Shown here: one piece after another, positions 1 to 10,498 of the stretch | How the letters are laid out: every line of letters starts with the position of its first letter | Position numbering within the stretch: position 1 is the first letter of the stretch | NCBI GenBank assembly: GCA_004022145.1 | Contig: RCNU01000002.1 | Length of the DNA stretch: 64,000 nt | Strand: one strand, 5' to 3' | From: Paecilomyces variotii | Lineage: Eukaryota | Position numbers and translations under genes: made by a program | Notes under the pieces: model-generated | Told to the model about the DNA's origin: nothing | The model's database searches: none | What the model saw: only the letters and a program-made list of their open reading frames with translations

Positions 1-1111
1 CCTTCATTCCGAGGTTCGCAATATATCTCCAACCGACCAGCCAGAGCTCACGATTTGCAGCGTGCTTGAATTCGAGTCTTGCTTTTCCTTCTTTCAGCTG
101 GTTCCCGAAAGACGAATGGGCGGACCGTCCGATGTTGAAGAGTGCTCGCTCGAGTAAGTCCGCAGAGACAGCGTGATCACCTTGGTGCTTGGCGATATCC
201 GAGACTTGAAGAAGAGTCGAAATGTGGTAGGGATTGTACTGTAGAAGATGAATCAATCTCTGCGGGTCCATGGATTCCACACACATATCGAACTGCCTCT
301 GTACATCCTCATATCCGGGGTTATGGAGTATTTTGTAGACAGTAGCACCGGTTGGCAGTTTCTCCACGACCTCCATGCCTAAGCCTCCGCTTGGGGCTCG
401 TGGCCACTCGTCTTTACCTTGCATGAGGACATTTCTCCGCAGTGCCACTCCTGCCAGACTCTGACCTCTGCTAGCTGGGCTGTAAGCGCCTGTCAGGGCG
501 CGTCCCAAGTCAACCATTTCTCGGTTCCTATCTCTTCGTCGACCAGTACCAGCACCTGATGGCTGGTCAAAGGATTCGAGCGCGACATTTCCGAACAACT
601 TGCGCATCTCATTCACGGCATTCAGAAATTTAGGTTCGATCGAAAGGAGTTCGTCGGCCGTCTTTGGGAATGGCGTCTGCTGTGCATTATCGAGCCGAGC
701 GGCACCCTCATCTGCAGTAGTTGAGGGGTTCTGCCCAGCTGACAGTTCTTTCAAAGCTTTATCAATCTCGTCTAGTTCTGTGTCATCGGATCCAGGGCGG
801 TTGTCTTCGGTTGGCTTGGCGGCCTTCTTTTTCTTCTTCTTCTTGTTCTTCTTCTTAGAGGCAGTTGATGAAATCGAGACTGGCTTTGGTTCTGAGGGCA
901 GAGGTGCTGTCTCCAAGGGAGCTTCGTCCGATTCTTCGTCTTCGTCTTCCCCCGCATTTAGCAGGTCAAATGCATTGAACTTTGGTTTCGACGGCTGCTT
1001 CTCAACCTCCTCTTCACTGGATTCCTCTTCTCCCTCATCCTCATGTAGCACAGCATGCAGTGCTTCCTGCTCGCGCTGCTTTTGCAGCTTCCGCAGAGCA
1101 CGCGTCGACAT
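1..1111 (-). CDS. RQC1: Ribosome quality control complex subunit 1 (Rqc1/TCF25/Nulp1 family), runs off the left edge
   Basis: Not in the ORF track because it has no stop inside the window. My manual translation from ATG 1111 gives MSTRALRKLQ...FNAFDLLN...KKKNKKKKKKK...LNAVNEMRKLFG...YNPYHISTLLQVSDIAKHQGDHAVSADLLERALFNIG...NRELWLVGWRYI, which are hallmark TCF25/Rqc1 motifs. Confidence 0.92.
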   Translation of the reverse strand, partial: MSTRALRKLQKQREQEALHAVLHEDEGEEESSEEEVEKQPSKPKFNAFDLLNAGEDEDEESDEAPLETAPLPSEPKPVSISSTASKKKNKKKKKKKAAKPTEDNRPGSDDTELDEIDKALKELSAGQNPSTTADEGAARLDNAQQTPFPKTADELLSIEPKFLNAVNEMRKLFGNVALESFDQPSGAGTGRRRDRNREMVDLGRALTGAYSPASRGQSLAGVALRRNVLMQGKDEWPRAPSGGLGMEVVEKLPTGATVYKILHNPGYEDVQRQFDMCVESMDPQRLIHLLQYNPYHISTLLQVSDIAKHQGDHAVSADLLERALFNIGRSAHSSFGNQLKEGKARLEFKHAANRELWLVGWRYIANLGMK

Positions 1112-1402
1112 CGGAACTGTTGCGAGAAGGGTGAATCACGCGACTTCAAGAATATTCGCAGACAATTGCATCGACACAGGTGGTTTGTAAGCACCTAGAA
1201 TGAGGGTATGAGGGTATGGGAATATGAGGATATGACCTGTAGACGGTTGTGGCGTGCTGGTTCTAATTGCAGTCTTGCTGCAGTCCTGGTCTCTTTCCCC
1301 TCCGGCCTCCGCAGTCATTAATTATTTCAGGCCCCGCCGGTGGCAGTGACGGCATCACCTAATTGGGATTAGCGTGAAGTTGTACCATAGAAAACATTTG
1401 GA

Positions 1403-1457
1403 ATGAGTAAGCAGAATCGATTATGTCATATCACGTGACCACATTCCCACGTGACTC
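1403..1457. promoter_or_regulatory. Motif cluster in the RQC1/PTC5 divergent promoter: a Yap/AP-1-like site and two CACGTG E-boxes
   Basis: ATGAGTAAGCA at 1403-1413. CACGTGAC at 1432-1439 and 1448-1455 (GTCACGTG on the minus strand). All lie in the 467-bp gap between the divergent ATGs at 1111 and 1579. Confidence 0.45.
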
Positions 1458-1578
1458 GTTCCTGCCCGGATCCTCCTGCTGTCCGAGCTCCGTTGCTCCA
1501 TCTCGGCTTCAGTTGGCGACGCATCAACTTCATGGTGTCCTGGACCGCCTGCTCCGCTATCGAGCCTTTATCATTTCA

Positions 1579-3541
1579 ATGAGTCGCGCGGCAATCCAGG
1601 CTTTCCGTACTGCGCGCCGTGCTCCAGTATGGAAGGTCGCAGGTAGAAGACCTCGCGCCGTCTCGTTCTCCAGCAGCCATGCATTAAGCATTCGACCGTC
1701 ATCCTCGGCTGGGAAACACTCCACATTCATCCCGGCGTCATTACAGTCGTCTATGCATCTCCGCAACTTTTCCCTGGCCTTTATCTCAACTCTAGTCGCC
1801 TCCGGGGCCTGGTACGCATACAAGGGGAGCACTGCACAGCAGACCGCTTTCTCCAACGGAATCAACGGAACATCCATCTCGAGCCCTGCTTTCCAATCTC
1901 GGAGCATCTCGACGGGCCCTTCTGGAACAGAGCCAGAAGAGCCAGCGCAAGCAACACGCCGTGCTCTCTTGGTAGAGAATGATCAATTCTACACCGCTAC
2001 ACTGTCAGGAGATCAACCCCTCGCAAAGTATTCGGACGATTCAGATCGCAGAGTCCTCGAAATGTTGACTCCCGAGCAGGCTACTCAGAAACTGCGGAGG
2101 AACGAGGAGTCGTATTTGGTGAGCCGCGGTCAGGGAGTTGTCCGTTATGATATCGTTCAGGTGCCCAGCAATTCTCCGATTGAGGACGATCATGCAGAGA
2201 AGATTGTCGAAGTCCCACAATCAGTGGCCGCTACAAGTGATGGGGCTTCAAGCAGTGATTGGATGTTCTGGTCTATCTTTGATGGACACTCGTAAGGCTC
2301 TCCTCCAAACCTTTTCATGCTTAAGTACATACTAACGTGGGACAAGTGGTTGGACCACTTCCGCTAAACTGCGTAACGTCCTTATCTCCTACGTGGCTCG
2401 GGAGTTAAACACAACATATAAGGCTGCCGCTAGCGATCCGTCTGCCCTCTCGCCGTCTTCTGAAGCGATTGATACTGCAATCAAACAAGGCTTTGTTCGA
2501 CTGGACAACGACATCGTCTACGAGAGCGTCAACAAGGTCATGAAGGCAAATTCTAGACGGGCCGCAGCAGAACTATTAGCCCCTGCTTTGTCCGGCTCGT
2601 GTGCCCTTCTCGCTTTCTACAACTCCAAGTCAAATGATCTGAAAGTGGCCTGCGCTGGTGACTCTAGAGCCGTTCTGGGACGTCGTGGCCCTAGTGGAAA
2701 GTGGACTGCAACGCCGCTCTCCGAGGACCAGACCGGTGGAACACCTTCGGAGATGAAGCGTTTGCGTGAGGAACACCCTGGAGAACCTCACGTTGTCCGT
2801 AATGGCAGGATACTAGGTAACCTCGAGCCGAGTCGTTCATTTGGAGATGCTTTTTATAAATGGTCGAGGGAGACGCAGGACAAGATTAAACGCCAATTCT
2901 TCGGACGCACTCCGCACCCGCTATTGCAGACTCCGCCTTATGTTACTGCTGAACCTGTTATAACCACAACTAAGATCGACCCAAAGCAGGGCGACTTCCT
3001 TGTCCTGGCAACCGACGGTCTCTGGGAGATGCTGAGCAATGAAGAAGTGGTCGGTCTAGTGGGACAGTGGATCGAACAACAGCAATCTGGAGGTGCTAAT
3101 GGTGTTAGCAAGCCTTGGCTGCAAAGCTGGTTCCGCTCGGAAGCTAAACAGCTCCCTGTGGAAAAGTCCCAGGTCACCAACCAGGAGGGCCAGCGACCTC
3201 CGATTCGCCAGCAGCAGTATGATATCTCAGGCGCAGCTAGCCGATTTGTCGTGGAGGACAAGAACGCCGCTACGCATCTTGTTCGAAACGCCATGGGCGG
3301 CAAGGACAAGGACATGGTTTGTGCTCTTCTTACTCTCCCTAGCCCGTACTCCAGAAGATACCGGTAAGTTCGCAACTCCATTTGACGGTTGCCTACATTC
3401 CGTGTCTTGACAACTGACCCATTCTGCAGTGACGATATCACCGTTGAGGTCATCTTCTTTGGTAATGGCCCGGACAACCGCACCGTTTCAATTAACCAAG
3501 AGGCTAGCGCTTCTCAGGACAGCGCCAAGGCTAAACTCTGA
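1579..3541 (+). CDS. PTC5: PP2C-family protein phosphatase, pyruvate dehydrogenase phosphatase type (Ptc5), about 613 aa
   Basis: Exons 1579-2291, 2347-3363 and 3430-3541 with GT-AG introns. PP2C motifs NSPIEDDH, IFDGHSGW (across a splice), AGDSRAVLG, LATDGLWE and RDDITV (across a splice). Arg/Ser-rich N-terminal presequence; the protein ends in AKL. Confidence 0.93.
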
Positions 3542-5247
3542 ATAGAACTTCCTCCATCGTCATTCTAGAGCAGTCTCTGCTGCAGATCTTTCTGCACCTT
3601 CTGATATCCCCAGAGTATTTGTATTATTCTAAGTGGCTGTGATTCTGGCGTTCGGTCTTGTATTAATTTGCGGCTGATTTGATGTAGAGGACATCGTTCT
3701 TGCGTCGGTGAACCAATAAATTCTTGAATACTATCTCGATATTGTTATATTCGTCTCTGTAAACCGTCCAGTACCTGACAAGGGTGGATCAATGCTATAG
3801 GCGCTTCAATTTAGATTGTGCATCACAATTTATCTCTCACAGGGAACCGTGTTGAGCCGGGTTGGTCTTGGGGTTGATATCCATGATATGTAACTTGAAA
3901 GATCAGCCTAACGTGCTTGGAAGCCTATATGTTGTCATACCAAGTCGAGTTATTATGCACTCATGTTACCTGGATCTAAACGTGTGGTCGGGCCACTAAA
4001 CTTCAGTCAGTGCCTGGAAACTCTTATGGATGTGATTATCACGCTCTAGACAAGGCCTTACGAAGCTGGTCTCTCAGCATACGTTCCAGCTCTGGACTTT
4101 TTATCAAAATATCTTCTCACCTGATGTGGCTTTCTTTACCAAACTCATTTCCATCGCACTCATTATCTTTAAATTCTTGATTGAGACTAACCTGTCGAAG
4201 GGATTTGTGACCCGGAGTTCGGCAATAGATCTTGGAAGTGATTCAAGTGATTCGGGCTCCACATGCACAGCGATCTCATGCCATTCGATCTCTGTGGAGA
4301 TGAGTTCAGACATCGCTTAAGCAAGGTGAGAGGTATTAATAGTAGCATTTGAAGTTGATCATCCTGCTCCTGACCCCGGAAAGTAGCGGATAATAATCAA
4401 CTGGTTGTTCCGCCGACTCGATGTTACACTCTCCTCCTAGGCCACGTGCCAAAGAATTGCCCTTGCAGCAAATCGCTTTCGCTTTCACTTGATGCTACAC
4501 TACCAGTACTAGTCAGTCCGAACTCCATGGAAGCGACCACAGCAAGCCTTGCGAGTCTTATATCCAAGAGACTACGGAATGTGATGAATGTAACCAATAA
4601 GAGAATGGGATAATGTATACCTAGCTTCTCGATACGAGAGAGCATGGAGTGGACATCAAGGGTCCCAACCGTTGGACACCCCGCATTCTTCGGCCCTTCA
4701 TTCCCTCATTTTCTTTATGACTGTGTGTCAACAGTGAACTCAATCCTCTCGCATTATGATCTGACAGTACCAAAAGAACCCTTCACTGTATGAACATGGT
4801 TCTTTCATTGGCCTCCATCCCTGGACCCAGGGAGATGGTTGATGGGTGGGAGATATCTTGTCATCATGTTCTGTCATCTGCAGTCCACTCTCATTCCAGA
4901 AAGACCATGCTTTGTGGTTGGCTGTTCTTAATATTCCAACCTCGTTTCCTTGGATAAAGGAATGTGATTGGCACCATCCTATCCATGAGAACCGGGACTA
5001 AGGACATCTGACGTTAGAAACATGGCCTTGACATTGCAGCTCCAGCAATCGCTACCCTCCCAGTGACTGACAGTTTCACACCAATTTTAGGGACCCTGTC
5101 AACTTAATTAAGCTCTAGTTAGCAAAAACTGATAATAGGGTCCTTTCATAGCTCTTGCGGTACAAGGAGAATCTAGAGGTGATCCTTTGTATAACAGAGA
5201 CAATACTGCTCGCACTTCCCAAGAACCGGTCCAAAGCCATCTAGGAA

Positions 5248-5267
5248 CCCCCCCCCCCCCCCCCCCC
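5248..5267. repeat. Poly(C)20 homopolymer
   Basis: Twenty consecutive C residues. Confidence 0.95.
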
Positions 5268-5979
5268 AGGATTTAATGTCTTCCCCAAGGGATGCCTTGC
5301 ATTGACCGCGCGGAGTATCATCATCTGCCACGCTAGACAAAGCCCACGGCGCTGACGTCAAGAAATGGGCGGGTTCTAGCCCATTCTCACCCATATTATC
5401 TGGTAGGAGCTGCTCTTGGTTTGCTAACTCTGAATAAGCATTGATAGCTACTCCTTTATTACCATTATCTATTACTGTTGCAGCACAGTCCTCTCTTTAT
5501 TATCATTATTGGCGTTCCTTTTCTCTCCTATGCTGACAACTTGCAGTTCTTTAAGGGGAACAGCATCAAGTGTTCACAATCAAAGAAGACAATGACCTTG
5601 GTATGTTAGATATTGTTACGTCCTTTGTCTAAGAATTTCCCTTTGGCCAGATCCCATGAAAGAGGCGCGGATGTAGCCACACCACAAGAGAAAATTGAGA
5701 AAATTTCTATCATCTTCCACACCCATGGTGGTTTCGTATAAGAAACGCTTGTCCCATACTCTTTTCCTGGTCCCATAAAGCAGAGCTTCTCAATATCTGA
5801 TGCGAAGTGTTAACTTCTTAAAGGACAGCTCATCACTATAATCCCAAGGTGAGGGTCACTTACCCGACCTGGAAGACAATTCGGTAAGTGAACGCGTTGA
5901 ATGACCTGGGGAGCCGTACAACTGACTCTGTCAGATATTTCCCCTTTATATTCTCTCATTTTGTGTTTACAGGCACACA

Positions 5980-8222
5980 ATGTCGGAGCCTCCGTTGAAA
6001 CGTCTGAAATCGGCCAGCTCCGATACCAGAAGCCATTCTTCTGGTAGCCTTCCCACAACAGTGCATCTGGAAGATGTGCCACGAGCGCAGACACGACCAC
6101 CACGCATTGACACTACTATGCGCTCTGGGGTTCCGTTTCAGCAAGAAACCAGTGGTCCTCCGCTCACCCCAGCCATGCGGGCGACCAATTTGAAGACTAT
6201 TTCGCCTCAAGTTTCTCCTACATCTGTACCTCTTCCCTGGAATGAACAATTCGCCTCGACATCCTCTCGCAGTCTAGGAGAACGTACTCTATCTATGTCA
6301 CAGTCACAGACGCCTCGACAACAGACGATACAATTTGCCGAAGATCCTTTCACACGTACAAATAAACGGAACATAAATTTTAGTCATAACCCCCCGAGAC
6401 CGCATCGAGAGATCAATATCGGTACAGCTGCTCCCCCGCCACGATGGGTCTTAGTGGAAGACGCGCCCGCCCAACAGGATCCAAGCGCATGGGAAGAGAA
6501 ATCGCGAGCACGATTGGCACGGGGGAAGTCTATCGGGAGACAGAGTGCAGCCAGTGCTGAGCCTGAAACACAGCCTGGAACCAGTGCACGCTGGGATCAG
6601 GAACTGAGAAAACTCAGGTGGCAGTTTGAACCAGGATCCCCCAGCGCACGTGGAGAGTTATCGGAAGCAGGATGGCAAGAGGCTGCATGGAGGAGGCTTG
6701 AAGAAGCTCTTAGAGATCCAAAGATACGGCAAGAGTTAAGAGAGAAGATCAGTGTCGGCCCTTTAGACAACACTATTTACAGTCTAGAGGATCCGTTGCC
6801 ACCTATGCCCCCAGCTCCGACCTTCTCTGGTGCGCAAGTGAGGAAGCCCTCAATTCCTGAATCTTCTGCATCGCTGTCGACGATGAAGGAGTCTACCTAC
6901 TACTATCCCGATTACGACCGTCCCTCTCTGGCGGTTCAACCTGGTACCTATGCTCCAGGAAGAGGAGGTCCAGCGAGCATGGCGCGCAGGGCTTTGGATC
7001 AGATGAGAACTGCGATCGCTCTCTGGACAAACAATAATACTCCTCGGCGAGGATCAGAAACTGCGCCTATGATTTCGCATAGTAACACTGAAGAACGACG
7101 GTCTAAGGAAGCGCGGCGGTCACCGCAAAGTTCACAGAATCTCCTGACTACTGATGAAGAACGCCAGCAGCAACTGGTTGAGAACGATTATTCAGAATAC
7201 CAGGAGGAGCCTATGGGTAAGTACAAATATCTTTGGTTTACTGTTGTATTCTTATTTCTGGCAATGTTCTGCTGTCTTTTCCTGTATTCTTTCAAGATCA
7301 TCAGATGAAAATTACTCGCCCGAACTGTAAATGGACATCTTGTTAATAGACATGGCCAACAACACAGAGCGTGAGTGTATGTACATAGTACAGAGCGCGA
7401 AGTGGCAGGATAAAGGCAATACGGCTGATACTTTCTTTGAAATTCATCCCTTGCATACAAATCGTTCCTAGTATACGAAAAAGACTGATACATCTCAATT
7501 TTCATAGGATGTCAATCCACTCACAACATTCCTCGGAATGATCCGCAGCCAACCAGGTCCCTGGTCTCAAGAAGCGAACAAGAAATCGACTCGCTCTCTC
7601 AACCAGCACATGGACTCCCAGAAGCTACCTCCAATGAACGACGACGGGAAGCAGTGGAATCACTCGTAAATCTAAGAACAGGTAACGTCAATCTGGCCAG
7701 CTCGTAATTTGGAGTCTTCGTGTTCATTGCAAGGCTGATAGATTTCCAGGTGGACAACCAGCGCAAGAGGCGCGTCCGACAACAGGAGGAAAACAGATTC
7801 CCGATAGTGCAGGTCAGAGGCTACGGGCCAAGCAGCAATTAAAGGTCGATCAGATCGGGAAGGAGGAACAGCAGGAGCGTTTCCCTAAGCGTCCTCCATT
7901 CCGGCGGATGAAGATATGGTCCGGTGTATGGCTTCCGAAAGAAGATATTGACGAAGATGAGCTCGCGCAATTGGCACAGATCCCGCCATCAACAGACAGG
8001 CCATTCAACAGGATCAAGACAATAACCGTGAGGGTTAGCACTACCAATGCTTCTCCCGCTTCCGAGCCTAGCAGGGTTCAACGAGGCGCTAGAGGTGGAA
8101 AGAAGAGGGCCAGGGACGTAGCGCCTCAGAATGAAGACCTGGCGGCAGCCCAGGATGAAGCTTCGGGTTCTCAAACGAAGAGGACAAGGAGGAACCCTGC
8201 GAGGAGCACAAGAAGAAAGTGA
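5980..8222 (+). CDS. Orphan low-complexity protein (about 630 aa), spliced; function unknown
   Basis: ORF 5980-7216, donor GTAAGT at 7217, a possible 21-nt micro-exon 7350-7370, exon 7508-7681, intron 7682-7749 (branch GCTGAT), and exon 7750-8222, which runs in frame into the listed 7908-8222 ORF. The frame is continuous with or without the micro-exon. P/S/R/Q-rich with a basic C-terminus. Confidence 0.6.
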
Positions 8223-8612
8223 CGGGATTGGCTGAGTATGGACTAGGTAGACTGCACGCTTCAGAGTTCGCTTGAAGTATAGACGGTTGGCGTTACGGAT
8301 TGTTTCTAAGATACGGTCTGCTGGAGTTTTTATCATAGGTTTCTAGACTTGGTTGGCATTTGGTATCATTCAGGACTTTCGGTTTTCTTTTGCTTAGATT
8401 CAATAGTCCAGAGCTTACATTATCCATATATTACTATTCACCAATGTAGATTAGACATGAGTTATCCTAAAGGTAGGGACTCGGTTAACCCTATTTCTCG
8501 TCACGAGACACAGGGTTCTCCAACACAAACAAGGCAAACAGGACTTAGATTCGATAGCTTTCTCATGTTTTCATCATTCATAGACCACAGCCAAACAATA
8601 ACTCAGTCCGCG

Positions 8613-9393
8613 ATGGAGCTCGAAAATGTTACACCTTCTGAAATCATCTTTTCGAAGAAGCTTTTTGCGTCGGATTTCTCTGTCGTCTTTCTAGTTACTG
8701 TGCGTAACCAGGAATGCGTTATGAAGGTGGTAAGTCGACCTGCTAATGTCACTCTCAGGTATCGTATTATTGATTTCAGAAGCACCACGGAAGAGGTCCG
8801 CCGCGGTACTATGAGCGTAAAGACCGTGAATTGGACATTCACGTGCTCGAAACTTCTGCTTACACCCGTTTAAGAGATAAAGGACTCTGTGATCGAGGAA
8901 TTGTGCCTCGCTTCTTGGGCTCCATGAGGAAGTTCGACCAGTCGTTGTGCCAGCCTTATCTAGAAATATTCCTAGATGACGAATACCCACCTAGTGCTAT
9001 TTTCCTGGAATATGTACCCAATATGGAAATGATTACGTTGAATAACTATACGCAGCAGCGGATGGATAATCTCATTGCTGGAATACAAGAGATACATAAA
9101 GCGTTGGTACTACATGGGGATCTGAAACCGAGAAATATGATGGTCGTGAAAGATGATCCAGAGAGAGTTATCTGGATAGACTTCGATCGGGCGGTAACTT
9201 ATGAAGAGGCTTCGATCACTGATTCCGAGAAATCTCTCCTGGAAGATGAGGAGATAACGCTTGTTTATTTTGAACAATTCATGGTTAGTTCCCCTGTTAT
9301 CGGGATATACGGATCAAGTTTTCTAATTATTTCTAGGAAAACGATTTGGCCAAAGGGAAACTCGAAGATGCGTATATCTTTTATTGCACTTGA
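8613..9393 (+). CDS. Small fungal protein-kinase-like protein (about 224 aa)
   Basis: Exons 8613-8729, 8783-9283 and 9337-9393. Motifs: CVMKV (beta3 Lys), IFLEYV hinge, HGDLKPRN catalytic loop, and WIDFD (DFG equivalent). Confidence 0.82.
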
Positions 9394-10498
9394 TGGCTTT
9401 GTGTCTTTGGGCGTCATGTATTATGAACCATGATATGACAATGCACGTGTGGTGCAGGGGCTTGTTTCTTGTCAGATAGACAAGAGAAGCCTGCTCTCAA
9501 AACATGCGACTGCGTGGACTGAGAATGGATAGAGACCAGCGAACCCTAACATTTCGACCTACACTGTCATTAGAACGACTCAAGCCATGATGCTTGTCTT
9601 CTCGGCCTGTAAAGTATGGAAACATATTGTTGACAACCACACAAGGGAATACTGGCTCAGAAAGGCTCACATATAGTTTCATCGTCATTGTAGAGAGCAT
9701 AACACCGCTCCTTATTCAAAGCAGCGTTAGGAGGGCCCCGTGGAGAAATCTAGGATGATAATACATTCCCTAATCGATTAGAAGGGCTACTATCGAATCC
9801 AACCTTAATCCATGTGCCCTGCCACACCTACGTCTCTGTTAGGTGGATATGGCGACACTGAAAGAGATACACATTCTGGGATTGAACTAGTAGGTCAGAG
9901 CTACGGAAATAACATATTAGATAGAAGATTTTCTGGCTGGGATTATAGATAAGAGAGCGAGACTTTTCCAGTTATGATCTGAGCCTGCGACATAACTTAG
10001 CTGGTCATTGTTTTATTGCTTATAAGATCTCTGTAACCCATAGAATGTCATAGTCCACTTATAGCTCATTGATACCAAGGTTTCTTTTCCTCTTCGTGAC
10101 TTTTTATAGCTGTAGCTATGATGATGTTATATCGACATTGCATAGTTAGTTATGTATGCATTATGACTAAGCAACGCGAAGCATTATCGATACAAACCAG
10201 GCAAACATGAATGAAGCCGTGAATAGCAGGACTTCGTGACGGACACATCGAAGGAACTGCTGTCTCCAGTTTATTGAAGGACCGTTACTTTCTTGCCAGT
10301 GATTGCAATATTTTGGAGTGGTAATGCCACTGGCGTGATATCAGAATAATGGATTGAACCAACAAGCAGGTATTCACTTACCATTGAACGAATACAGAGC
10401 TCCTCATTGAGCTACGACCTTCGCTCATCCGTTCTTGCTTAAGCTTGACCTCGTCGGATTCTGGACTAAGGGTCTAGCGGCCAAGGACTTTTGGCAAT

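Noticed and set aside
600..1190. 196-aa + strand ORF with a poly-Phe/Ser stretch
   Set aside because: Antisense shadow of RQC1; the poly-Phe is the reverse complement of the polylysine codons.
1423..1578. Upstream in-frame ATG extending PTC5 by 52 aa
   Set aside because: It overlaps the promoter motifs and would bury the mitochondrial presequence that begins at ATG 1579.
4104..4990. Short minus-strand protein-like frames
   Set aside because: No recognisable motif and they cannot be spliced into a gene; at most an unidentifiable relic.
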